A DNA stretch of 63,504 nt, counting the filler, from Lenisia limosa (taxonomy: Eukaryota; Protista; Breviatea), in assembly GCA_001655205.1 (NCBI GenBank). It is 15 parts of 15 records of this genome, joined end to end, with 100 filler letters (N's around TTAATTAATTAA, not from the genome) between each part and the next. Parts side by side here need not be neighbours in the genome. Positions count along the whole stretch, not along the records: positions 37,898 to 59,684 come from LPNZ01009807.1; positions 59,785 to 61,052 come from LPNZ01000072.1; positions 61,153 to 63,504 come from LPNZ01008766.1; 12 more parts are not named here. One strand, given 5' to 3'. The notes beneath the pieces were generated by a model. It searched no databases. It was not told the DNA's origin and was given only the letters and a program-made list of their open reading frames with translations. Each line of letters begins with the position of its first letter. Positions within the stretch are counted from its first letter, which is position 1. A program made the translations under genes and the position numbers. Of this stretch, positions 48,938 to 61,154 are shown in pieces.

Positions 48938-51900
48938 TTAATATGATAAGAAGCTTGCGAACTCAAGAGTCTACAAAGAGTTGGCTCTCAATTTTCTTAA
49001 TCCGGACATACGTCGACTTGAACTTGCTGGAGTGCGACAGTGTCGTCGTCTTCATCAATGGCAGCACTGGGCATCATGTACGCATGGTCTCGCTGCTATG
49101 GCGGTCAAATCATTGAAACAGAGGATTGTGCTTTGACTTCTCTGAAGCCGCGGTGGAGAATATATGAATAATTGAGTAAGCATCATAGCAGCTTACAGAG
49201 TTACCAATGAAGGCTGGGGAGTTTTTGATCTTTTTGATCAGGAGGAAGGTCGAGATTTGGGTGAAGAGCACAATTGGAATAAAAGCCATCACCACTGTAA
49301 AAGTCAGCCAAAAAACATCACAACTTTAATCAAGGAAAACCAACTTGGTATTTTCATAATAACGGAATACGTTATCATTTCAAAGACCATAAGGAAGGAC
49401 TCGTACCAATAAGAGAAATAAAGGAATTCTGTCCAGTGGACGCGAATACGTCAGAGCGGCTGACAAACGAAACAATCTGAATCATTAAATAGAGAACTCA
49501 GGGATTATCTTGAAATCCTAAATATATGCTTGAGAAGGATCAATTCCAAATGAGGGTAACTGCACTTGTATTTCTTGGTCTCTCTAAAACAAAAGAGAGA
49601 AACATCAAGCCCCATTTCGCACCTTCCATTCTGGGACAACCTCCAGGGCGGTAGACTCGAGGGCGTAGAAAATGTTTCCGTGATTGACATAGTGGTGGTC
49701 ACCATCAATCATACCCTGGGAGATGATGAAACCTTCCAGCCACCCCATATGTATGCTGATACGTCGGCATTCATGTCAAGAAAATGATGAGTAGATAGCC
49801 AAAAAAGAATATCAAACACAATTTGACCAACTACCTGTTCAACGCCTGAAAACCGCTCATCCTTAAAGTCAAATATCTAAAGGGTTAGCTCGATATGCCA
49901 TCGATTGTCCGCCCGGCATATGACATAAGTGAAGAAAGAGTGTTTTGTTGCGGACCCAAAGGTCAAAAGTAGCGTACCATGACAGGTATCTCTTCAACGT
50001 CGTTAGCCGAGAAGGCAATGATGCCTCCCTCGTTTGTGACCAATGCCACTCCACCGTTCTCACTGTAGGGCACTTCTAAAGAGGTGAGACTTTGAGGTGA
50101 GTCTTTTGAGCGTTTCTCGTGAGGGTGGAGGATATATAAAGCATACAGAATACAATAAACAATGCGGCCAGATTGCCCCATTTTCTAATATTGGTTCCAG
50201 TCACACCGTTCAACAAGCTTGCGATTTTAGTGGAGTTGACAACGATGTTGAAAAGGTTTCTATCAGTTGTTCCATGGAAGTCTGCCTGGCCAACTGCATG
50301 GTAAATCGTCTCATTAGGATCAATCACAAAAATGGCTTTATTTGTTTGTTTTGATAGTTTCATTATATCATATTGACCTTCAGCACTCTGACTCTGGTGT
50401 ATTTATGGCATAAAATTAATATTTTTTTGTGCATATTGACGTGGTAAGCGAGGGGGTAGATTAGTCGTATTGGCATACATATTCTTTTCTATTCGTTTTT
50501 TAATATTCTCGCCACCCACCCCCGTTAATCACTCACTATGTGATTATAGAATGATAAGTTCTTTTATTCGTCTGTGATTCTATCTCCCCAATTCGACGCC
50601 AATAAAGCCCCTATACCAAGTTGGATTTCGCCTTGTCTTTCATGGAGGGGTCCAAATGTCCGCCAAATAGGGGATTTCACAGCCTAATACAATAAAAATG
50701 TGATATTTTAATGCTACATTTATTTGGTAAATGTGACATACCTGTGTTGTACACTCAATATGTTAGAATACCAAATATTCCCTTCCCTACCAAAAAGGTG
50801 ATCTATCTCCAGACCCCCCCCCCTCCCAGGAGTTCAGGGNNNNNNNNNNNNNNNNNNNNNNNNNNNNNNNNNNNNNNNNNNNNNNNNNNNNNNNNNNNNN
50901 NNNNNNNNNNNNNNNNNNNNNNTCCAACGCAAGCTTATACCAGTAGGCCTCTGTGGGGACAAAGTCCACAACCGTCGTGTTGGTGGTTGTCACCTCACTA
51001 GAGGTCAGTACCAGGGGTGGGTGGAACGTGTGTGAATGAAATTTGAAGAACATAAAAACCTCCTACTTAAACGGAACATCAAAGCTGTGTTCTCTCGTTT
51101 TAGTTCGCTGGAGGGTGATAATAAGGGATAAAGGCGGACTAAATGAAAAGGAACAGGAGCGAAGATGGTTCGTAAACACAATAATAAAGCAAAAGTACAT
51201 GTAGGACCAAGCCACACCCCCCTCCCTCACGGATTTACCAAGAGCCTTGTAGTACTCATAAATCTGGAATGGTGAAGGTAAAATACAATAAAAATAGTTC
51301 CATTCCATTTATGATAGCAGGATCCCTATTTATGTAAAAAAAAAAAAAAAAATAGCCAAAATCAAGTATCCAATGAACCGTGGTATCAAGCCGCCCCTTG
51401 TCCCCAGTGGAAGTACTGTATGTCAAGAAGCTTTCGGGCTCAGTAGGGGCAAGCGGGTGGATGTGGTCACTACAAAATAACAGGGACAGTGGATAAGGTT
51501 AGTAAAAGAGAGAGGTCTAACATTCAGTTTTGGATTCAACACACAATAAAGAAATCACTTTGAAGGCACTACGAGGTGTAGTATGTAGCAGTGCGGATGG
51601 TAGATCTCAACAGAGTTTTGGTTTCCAAAAAAAAAACGGCTTATAACAAACATGCACAGAAGTGAATCAAATATCAATATTAGAGAACTCACATTCTCAA
51701 AACGGTCTCATCAGCTTCGAAGAGAGGCAGCATGAGCCTTTCCCACACTTCCACGCCATCGTCAACCCCCGAGTAAAGCCCGCGATTGACGTCAAACTAC
51801 AAAGTCGGATGTACAGGCATTATTTCAAGTTGTCAAGAACCATTATTATTTCCCTCTCCTGCGATCTACAATCCCCAACCTGCATAGCACTCATGATGTT

Positions 51901-52497
51901 AATTTTGTCCTTGAGGAATGCCGAAATAAGCGCCAGGCCAGCTTCGGATGTTGCCGATGCTTGCTGAAGTACAACTTGGTGGGGTGAGGAAAAAAACCAT
52001 TACAGGTCTGCGGCAGTACCAGGTTACGTTCAAAAGGGAGAACTGGGTATAATATGACAAGCNNNNNNNNNNNNNNNNNNNNNNNNNNNNNNNNNNNNNN
52101 NNNNNNNNNNNNNNNNNNNNNNNNNNNNNNNNNNNNNNNNNNNNNNNNNNNNNNNNNNNNNNNNNNNNTGAATGAAAAGAATCATACTTATTCCCCACGA
52201 CAACAACCTTAACCAACCTTCCTCGACAGCGTTGTTGTAAAGGCGATTGGAGACTGCGAAGAAGGCGACCCACGACGCGATCAAAAGAAACATGCCAAAC
52301 TGATAGATAAGATGAGATCAAGAAAGCAGACATATCAACGTGTCATTTCAAACAGGGCCCACCAAATGGCATCTCAGCGTCTTGGCAGTAAAGAACTGGA
52401 TCTCATTGGGTTGAGCAAGGGGCTGGTCGTTGAACTGCCGATCCATGGAGTTTGGATTGGGAGACGGAACCTGCAAATTACCGCGACTTTCCGTCAT
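48938..52497 (-). CDS. Two-TM membrane protein with a dCache-like extracytoplasmic domain
   Basis: TM1 FGMFLLIASWVAFFAVSNRLY; FDVNRGLYSGVDDG; TEAYWYKLAL; LFNIVVNSTKIASLLNEVPYSENGGVALVTNEGGIIAFS; TM2 VVMAFIPIVLFTQISTFLLIKKIK; short tail ending TLEFASFLSY*. The domain call is by motif resemblance only. Confidence 0.55.
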
Positions 52498-52699
52498 CCT
52501 CCGCCAATAAAAGAAGTAAAAACTGTATTAACGTGGTTTTGACGAATAGTGAACGAATGTGGCAAACAATGGGGGAATTTGATGGGCATTAAATATTGCG
52601 CGGCCGTATTGCCAGTCTTGTTTCTCTTCTTTCACATAAACCTTAAAGGTACATACATTTAGATACTTTAGATATATATGTTGTTTTGTTTTGTTGACA

Positions 52700-55600
52700 A
52701 TGGAGCAGCCACCTACCTTCACTGGACCGGAAGCAAAGGTCCTGAACACAGATTTTTTTCTTGTTAAATTTTTTTTTTTTTTTTTTTTTCAAAAAGGCAC
52801 TTCACCATTGCAGACACACACAGCAACACGGGATCGTTCAGGCAGTGTGGGACGAAGAGGTGCGAGACACCGATCCTCCAGCGCTACTCAAGTAGGATGA
52901 GAATAAATGAATTTGCTACATGTACAGATTTTCATAAAATAACGAGTATGTCTCACTCAGACATTTAGTGAAATTTTTATTTTGAGAATGAAGCTAAACC
53001 ATATAAATATGCCAATGAAGGTGCCAGTGTGTTTTCAATTCCTTCAAAATTGTGATATTATCTTATGTTCTTGTAGAACAGGAAGTACTACTATGCGGTT
53101 TTGGATTCACAGAATGACAGTACAAAGCGACATCGTATTCTCCCCCTCCTGAATGCCCCTCTTATCGGTTGGTGCTTGCTTGTAATTAAGGAGGGGTAAC
53201 CCAGCTTGTACATAATACATAATGATGTCAGTGATTTACTATTGTAGATAAATCCTTGCTTGCCACGAAGATAGCACAATGGGGGTGTCCAGCTTTTGCC
53301 CGGAACCACGTCTGGGGCCTGGCTTTAGGTTTGAAACACGGCATTTTTGGGATGTGTGTTTTATACAATTAACTGTTGCATTTTTGCCCTGGATGAGAGG
53401 CTTTAAAATAATTGAAACTTTGTCCCGCACACCCACCAATGAAATATCGACAAGAACTTACAGTATTCATTTGATTAATATTTTTTAAGTAGGGCTTCCC
53501 AACGGTCAGAAAAAGTCCGGTAAAATATCAATAGTTTTCGAAGAATTATCGAAAAAATCAGTTTTTTGGGACTGTAGGGAAGCCCTTGGTATGATGCTAC
53601 TTTTATGATATGAGGCAATAATGACAGGTAACAACTCTTCCAAATTGGAACTAATATGATCTATAGGTTTTTTCTCTCTTGCACCAGAATCCTGGCCTGA
53701 AGTTATGCAAAATGCGCAAAGTACTTTTTTTGACGAAATTCTCGCCAACAGCCTTCTATTTCCGCATATTTCTGAGCACTATGGCTTTTCTGTTGAGTGA
53801 GCGGAAGGGCTTTCTTTTATTTTGAAGTTTGAAAACGACAAAAGGTGATCTAGTATATCAAATATACTAAAAGTACGATATCATTGCGAAATAATAGTCT
53901 TCTCATTTTTTGTGATAAAACTGAATAATACCATTTGATTCATGGGAATAAGGAAGGTTTCCGACACATTACTGTTCAAAGTTCACAAACAGGTCAAGGT
54001 GGCCCATTGAAGATGTTATTGAGTCTGTGGAGTCGCAGGAAAGGGAACGCATGAAGAAATTCCGAGAAAGATCGTCATCAATTTCTGGAGCCAGTACAAC
54101 GTGAGTGGAACTTGGGCAAAGCTTCCAGTTTTATGTTCTGATAGATGAGAAATAAAAAGGGGCGTAGTATCTGGCCTTGTGTTTTATTGAACATTTATTG
54201 GAATAGTCTGTGAAGCGAATTGTTCGGTACCACTGACAATTTTGGCTTTGCTTTTATGATTCCTTTTCAGCACCTTATCAAATATTAATGTAATACGACT
54301 GACTACTTGGCTATTTCACACCATCTGTTGTTCAGAGTTGCCTTGATTCCCCAGGCAGCCTTTACTTCGCCCCCATTCCGTCTCGTCGCCACCCATCCCC
54401 ATGCATGAAACCTTGCAGGAATCTGGTGAGGGGGAATAATATAATATCAGTATTATCATATAGCTAGAACTAGTAATAATATAGTATATGACAAATAATG
54501 ATAATAAAGGTTGCAGTTTTTATGTTAATCAGAATAGTGGAGGTGATTGTTGTAATCTAATATCATTTCTGTTTAATTTGTCCAGAAAAGATGACACAAA
54601 ACAAACGGTCGTCACTTGAGATCCGACCAGGCATGCCTCCCTTGGACCCCTCTTCTCTCATCCCGTCTCCAACAAATGACAACAAAGCCAAACCGAAGAT
54701 TTGCTCCCACGTCCTTGCAATGAAGTTCAAAACGCAGAAATCCTCGGTGGTTGGGGCTTTCGTTCTACTTTATCTTAACAATGGAGTATTGTCCAAGGTT
54801 TTTGTTAGTTTTTGACTATCCAGTTCTCCGACGCAGTTCAACTAATGGCAGGGACAGACAGTATCCACCTTCCCATTTATGTGAACAGGGCTCTTTCCTC
54901 CAATATCTAGCTCTCGTTATTTTGTCCTGATACTACCAGCTATTGTATTTTACTGGTCAGAAGTGGTATTTGAAATCAAGCATGCAACTATCTTTGATAC
55001 CAAGTCTGTTTCATTCATCGTTTCTCACTATTCAGAAAGAGCCAGTCGAAGGGTCAGATCTCTGGTGGAACACTTACGCTCTCGATTTAATAATGGTATG
55101 TCATGTTCACTGAAGTTGTCGCTGGACTTGTTTACTGCTGCAAATTGCCTTAAATGGAGGAGGATGTAACGATTTTAGTTTTTGAAGAAATGCAGCCAGT
55201 CATGTTCTTTCCACCCTGAGGTTTGAGAGGGTAAGGTAGAAATGGTTTTCACTGGATTATCATTCTGTTTTATTCTTTCTGATGGGAAGAACGTTTTTAT
55301 AAAAGAACCCTGTTCCGATACATTTTGTGAATAATCTTCCTCTTTCCTTACTATGTAGGAAACTGTTGTCGAAGATGACAGTACCCATTATAAGGCGTTT
55401 TCCCGACTCTTCCTTGTGGCTGTCGGCGGCCGTGGGCGGGTCTCATTTTGGAATAAGGCAAATGATTATAAAAAGGCAGGGGGAATGATCCACATGACTT
55501 CAACACATTACACGTGACCATTTTTGATGTAGTTGATTTCAATACGAGTATTGAGGCGGTTTTCTAAAGGTTTTAGACGACGCTGCGTTGGCCTTGAGTT

Positions 55601-56735
55601 TGCTTNNNNNNNNNNNNNNNNNNNNNNNNNNNNNNNNNNNNNNNNNNNNNNNNNNNNNNNNNNNNNNNNNNNNNGGGAGACAGCCGTCTAACTGAATGGG
55701 TCAATGACTGCGCAATTGACGTGGATGCTGTGGTTCAGGAGTGGGTGGCGGTGGATGGTTCAGAAAGAAAGAATATAGTAGTTACAGAGTAGTTTTGAAG
55801 AAAAGTGTATTTGAGTTTTTTTTTTTTTACGTTAATCATTGTGATCTCAGCTCATAAATGTGTGACTAGGCGCTATCAAAATGTAGTAACACCTCTAGAT
55901 GGATGGCCGCCTACTTCATCGAAACCCTTCCGTTGCACGAGTTGCTTCTGTGGGCTAGGAAGGGTGGTGGCGGTGTTGATGTGTAGGAAGGGTGGTGGCG
56001 GTCTTTGATGTTGGGAGCGAGTGTCAATAAACTTCTTTCCTAGTTTGATATAAACGGTATTTACTCGACTGATGCTGACAGAATCTTCGATCGTATTCTA
56101 TTTTTACCACCAAAAGCCCTGTCCGTTTTGAGTGTTGCCGTCCTCGTTTTCCTCTATATGTTGGTTGGGGTGGGGTAATAGTACGGTAACTATGACTCTT
56201 AAGATACGAACCCCAACAGGTATGTGGGATGAAAGAACATATCATACTATATATGATATATCATACTATGTACATATACTAGCTTTATTCACGTTGATGG
56301 TGATTCCCCTTAATAATAATTAAAAAAATGTTCCTTTTGTATTTCCCTGTGAATTTTTTGCTGCTTGTCTTCATTTTTTTAGTTTCAGAAATGCAGAAAT
56401 GAAAGAAGACATTAACTTCCACAAGAAGAAGGTATTCAATCTGGGATAAGTCTGAGCTTACAGCTTTGGACAACCTTTTAATTGGTATTTCTCCTTTCGA
56501 CTTCGCATTTCTGAAGGTGTAGATCGAGTTCTCAACTCGTGAACAAGGCACAATTTCGCTGATATTCGGCAAGCTTCTGGAATCTCCAAATATCAGTCTC
56601 AGGTAGAGAGGGATGTATGAGTGTGATGGTGTCCTTGTTTTGTTATCTTTTTTTTTTTCATACAGACGGACTGCTAAAATGGTCATTGAAATGGGGCCGT
56701 TGTTGCTGAAATGTGTGAAAGTCAAGCTCAGTTAA
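52700..56735 (+). CDS. TBC (Rab-GAP) domain protein, TBC1D7-like
   Basis: WGCPAFARNHVWGLALGFFSLAPESWPEVM (TBC motif P...R..VW..LLG); WMAAYFIETLPLHELL...RIFDRILF...LSVAVLVFL (W...F...LP....RxWD...); ends ...KVKLS*. Some internal junctions unresolved. Confidence 0.65.
53490..53586. mobile_element. MITE family A copy (CCCTAC-type TIR) in TBC gene intron
   Basis: TAGGGCTTCCCAACGGTC ... GACTGTAGGGAAGCCCT; no clean TSD. Confidence 0.85.
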
Positions 56736-57479
56736 GAACTAGATTAGTAGATTAGTAGATATATAGATTAATAGATTCTGATGCATTAGGGACTTTAGTG
56801 ACCTCCATCGCAGGGCAACCCGCACCCATGAAAGATGATTGGTAGGCAACTATTGTCAGGAGTAGTAATTTGACACACATTCTTACTCCTCTAGATGTAC
56901 ATTTTCTTTCAACTGACGCACAGAAGAAAAAAAGTGTTCGTCGTCTATGTTGTTTTCTTTTGTTGGAGAGTTGTGTGTGTGCAATTCAATTATTAATATA
57001 TCCTTTTGTAACATCTGTCTGTTTGTCGTGCCAGAAATTACGCACCATTATGCCATTTGACACATTGGATGCAAGCATCATGCATGCATACCCAGCCCCG
57101 ATAAAAACGAGCCCACCTCACATGCCCCCCAGAAAACAAACTTTGGACCCACTTCTTCACCCCACAAAACATCACACAACTACACATTTGATAAAGGCGC
57201 GAGAGAGATAGAGAAATCCAGAGGGGGTGCTTGACAAGACCAACAATCTCTCCGATCATGTTGTGCTTGCGTCCACTGTGCCTTCTAACGCTTTGTCTGA
57301 CAGTGCTCGGCTTTGTTTCATTCAAAGGAGACAATTCAATTGAATTTGATCACATCTTAAGGTATATCAGTTTCTGCCTCAGTTTCATCTGGATGGGTTG
57401 ATGGCTGATACTCCAGACCCGGATAATCTTATTTGGTTATCAATCACTTTTTGGATCATTTTCACACATGTGAACTGTT

Positions 57480-58385
57480 ATTGTCCACAGTGATATGATA
57501 CCTCATATCCACTCGTATGATAATTGACCGACAAGTCTCAATGATACTCTGATACACTCGGGATGAACTCATTGAAAGTCGATCATATCACTAGTGGATA
57601 TGGGTTAACATACCAGGGCACATCTCAGAACATCATAATTTCTCACAGAAAGTTCTTCTGATTACACCCATAGGGCCCCTGCCATCTGCACTGACTTCCC
57701 CCTTGCTTCTGAGGTGCAGTGTGGAGACCCCATTGTCAACTCATGCGGTTGGTTAAATGGGTAGGACTCCTCCTCGGTTCTAGAAAGACTAAATTAATAA
57801 GCTATATCGATATGTAGTATAACTATTTCTATTTCTTAGTTCATTGTGGCGCAATGTAAAGTCATATGGGAGGTATCACAGCATAACTAGCGAAGCAATG
57901 GGATGGGATGGTAATTATTGTTTTAGTTCTTCTTGTGACATTTTAGACAATCACCCCTTCCTCCAACAACAAGAGCATTATTTATAAAAGAATATTATAT
58001 AACATATAGATTTACTACCGATATCTACATGTACATCATACATATACACTGACTGCGATCAGTCCTGGCAGGTAACGTTCAATATTTGTGTCAGGACTTA
58101 TCGCGGTCAGTGTATAATACTATATTATATATCAGATACATATGATCATACAGGTTTTGCATAACCCCCCCCCCCCCCNNNNNNNNNNGTGACGTAAAGA
58201 AAAGAAGAAGAAGTGGTACGAGAAGAAAATATGAAGAACAAGAGTGACTAAAAGAGAAAACCAACTCACGAAGGTGGTAGGGAAGATGAAGAAGAGAGAC
58301 GAGAAGAGAATGGTTCCGAGGAGAAGCTTGTCTAGCGAAAATTCACAAGAGTCAATCCGGTGCCGCAATATGTTTTTTTTGGAAC
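57480..58385 (-). CDS. PIGQ: GPI-GlcNAc transferase subunit Q (GPI1), C-terminal part only
   Basis: GSKKNILRHRIDSCEFSLDKLLLGTILFSSLFFIFPTT matches the Gpi1 motif GKKxNxLRxRxDSCxYxLDQLxLGTxLF. 5' exons not found; 3' limit approximate. Confidence 0.8.
58047..58112. mobile_element. MITE family B variant in PIGQ intron
   Basis: TA|CACTGACTGCGATCAGTCCTG ... CAGGACTTATCGCGGTCAGTG|TA. Confidence 0.8.
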
Positions 58386-58597
58386 CTGTGGGGGGGGGGG
58401 AGGTGAGGAAAAATGAAACTTATATCTTATAAGTACACGTAAAAATAGAGGGCTTCCCTACAGTCCTTAAAGACCGTATAAATATCGATATTTATCGAGG
58501 ATTTATCCGGAGATTCGGTCTTTTTTGAGACCGTAGTGAAGCCCTAATTATATACATCTAAACAGCATTAATAGTACACCCTCATATNNNNNNNNNN

Positions 58598-59684
58598 GTT
58601 AATGGGACCCGGTGTGAGCCGCCGCAAATGTGCTATTCTGGTTGGTGGCTGGTCATGGGGGGAATCATGTACTTCTATCTGACGTTACTTCACATCAGCA
58701 ACATGATAATATGTCTGAATATGGACAAAGTTTCAATTCAATATTGACTTTTTCGTTACGTTGAAGGTGTGTTTTTATACTGTGATTGCCGCGAGGTCTC
58801 TAATTATCTTAGGCACTTGTAAGTCCAGTCTTGGTAACAGCTGTGCTGACAGACGAGATAATGGAGAAACAAGTGAGAGTTACTTCCATTGATGTTGGCT
58901 AAAGTTTTGATTTAGTAGCGTAATGTTATTGACAACTTTGTTCAGATAGAGCTTGTTTCCAGATTTACCAAGTTTAGCCAAGGGAGAAATGGTTATCGCT
59001 TCAGTCGAGCACAGCGTCTTCTGCGACAACACTGGTTTGAGGGATAGTATATCACCAGTTTTGGTTCTTTTTTTGTTTTTCTTTTTACACTTTGTGATTC
59101 CCACACATATCTCACAATACGCCATCTCGATGAGTTTTGGACTATTCTTCGAATGTTACAGCCGCAGCTGATAACTAAGGCTTCACTTCGGTTCGAAAAA
59201 GGCCGATAAAATGTCGATTTTTCGAGGATTTATCGAGAAATTCAGTCTTTTTTCGAAGCAAAGTGAAATCCTACTGATAACTCTTTCAGACGAAGTGCTT
59301 GGTGGCGGGTGGATGCTGGTCAGAAGGAGAGCTGCGAAGGCTGCCAGTTTCCACCCTCTCACGGACCAGCTGTCAGGTGTGGGGGGTGATGCGGTAGCAA
59401 TGTCAATATATCGTTTGGAGTTTGACAGTATCCCTCGATAAAGCGAATCTACACAGTGTATTTGATAGATATGATGTAATATTATACTGTACTATATTTT
59501 CTCTTTTGTTGAAAGACAAATGGAAGAAGGATAAATGGCTTGTGCTTTATCTTATTTGCCAACACACATAGATTGCGTAATAGTCCAACGATCTCGGGTG
59601 TCTAAAGGCCTCTTCACCCTGTAGGCAGCGAGGTGTATGGAACGTATGTCAGTGACGACTTGTCGGAGGCTGCTGACGGCTTCT
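58598..59684 (+). CDS. Probable extracellular protein with a fibrinogen-C-like GGGW motif, partial
   Basis: Two exons join to DEVLGGGWMLVRRRAAKAASFHPLTDQLSGSEVYGTYVSDDLSEAADGFS; an upstream Cys-containing block reads NGTRCEPPQMCYSG. Confidence 0.5.
59176..59273. mobile_element. MITE family A with perfect 8-bp TSD
   Basis: CTGATAAC at 59168-59175 and 59274-59281. Confidence 0.92.
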
Positions 59685-59784
59685 NNNNNNNNNNNNNNNN
59701 NNNNNNNNNNNNNNNNNNNNNNNNNNNNTTAATTAATTAANNNNNNNNNNNNNNNNNNNNNNNNNNNNNNNNNNNNNNNNNNNN

Positions 59785-60947
59785 TTATCGACGACTCTAT
59801 TGCGCACCAGAAGAACATCTCTACTGTTCGGGTATGCTGGGGGTAAAACGAAGGAAATTTCGATGAATATCTCTACTATTCGGGTATGCTGGGGGTAAAA
59901 CGAAGGAAATTTCAATGACCATCTCTACTGTTCGGGTATGCTGGAAAACTACCGATATTTTACTTATTGGAACCAAAGTGAAGCCCTGGGTATGGGGTAT
60001 AATATCGCCATGATACGGTGTTTAGAAGTTTCAGCAGTTCGAGAGTGCCGTTTACCCCACAGGCCTGGCTTTGTTTATTTTATTTTTGCTCAACTCAAGT
60101 TTATTGTCAGCCAGCAGTGTTGATTTTGGGTATTTTTGTTCGTGAAATTTTCCAACTTTACCCCCCCCCCTGACACACTCCAGCCGCTTCCCGGCCAGAT
60201 TGGTGTCGGATGCGACCTCACAACCGGTCTGGGGGAACATAGATATGATATCGTATATGATATATGGAGTGACCTGTAAGAACGGGGCAGGGGTATTGAT
60301 TATGTTATGGAATGAAAGAGGGTATGGTGCTGTAGTACAGGATCATATGCAAATATGGAAATCGCTTCAATATGTCACTCTTCATTGACTATAACCTGAT
60401 GCGTTGTGAGTTGTCAGGCCTCCTCCATCATGTTAATGAGTATTTTCGTTTGTATTGTGTAATCTTTGTCACAAAAAGCCCCGCTTAATATTGATACGAG
60501 GAATCATCCAATCACCCACACGTAGCTTATCATCATCATCATCACCACCATCATCATCATCATCATCATTGTAACGTATTCCAGGCCACCTCCTCCTTCC
60601 TGTTGTCGAACTGACCTACAACAACGCCAACCGCACCTGGACTAATTTGTTCGGTGACACGTGGCGCATCCCAGACCAGTCAACTTTCGAACCACTTCCT
60701 ACTGGTACGGGGCGAGGGTAGTGGTGTTTTACTTAGGTTCGACAAAAGACTGAATTTCTCGAAGTAATCTTCGAAAACTGACGATATTATAACGATCTGA
60801 AGTGAAGCCCTACTTACACCCCTTTTCACTTTTTTATGGATCTTTTCATTTCTGACCTTTTCCTTTTTTACCCATCTTTTCATTTCGCTCCAGGAAGAGA
60901 CTTCCCGGTCCAGACGCAGGCACTTTTCGAGGACGTTTCCGAATACG
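59785..60947 (+). CDS. MACPF (perforin-like) domain protein, N-terminal part of the domain, partial
   Basis: Exons 59785-59831, 60184-60226, 60585-60704, 60894-60947 join in phase: IDDSIAHQKNISTVRPLPGQIGVGCDLTTGHLLLPVVELTYNNANRTWTNLFGDTWRIPDQSTFEPLPTGRDFPVQTQALFEDVSEY. This resembles the MACPF/MPEG1 entry pattern (LPG..GxGxDxxxG....V..LTY......G..y.IPD....p). Confidence 0.7.
59816..59944. repeat. 52-bp tandem repeat (about 2.5 copies) containing a splice donor
   Basis: ATCTCTACTGTTCGGGTATGCTGGGGGTAAAACGAAGGAAATTTC... repeated. Confidence 0.9.
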
Positions 60948-61154
60948 GTGTGGGGGGTGACAAGGGGGATTGGGCAGGCCCCACCTAACCAATATACAAC
61001 CAAATAGTTACCCCACGTTTTCAATAATCATATACGTTGTATCTGACGAGCANNNNNNNNNNNNNNNNNNNNNNNNNNNNNNNNNNNNNNNNNNNNTTAA
61101 TTAATTAANNNNNNNNNNNNNNNNNNNNNNNNNNNNNNNNNNNNNNNNNNNNAC

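Noticed and set aside
59176-59200. GGTTCGAA in MITE A as a tRNA T-loop or Pol III B box
   Set aside because: No cloverleaf or A box; the motif is part of the TIR. I found no supportable tRNA or rRNA in the window.
6345-61108. TTAATTAATTAA recurring 14 times as a biological motif, and gene clustering across it
   Set aside because: Always centred in exactly 44 N on each side and genes are cut at it; it is an assembly spacer, so no operon or synteny inference is valid.
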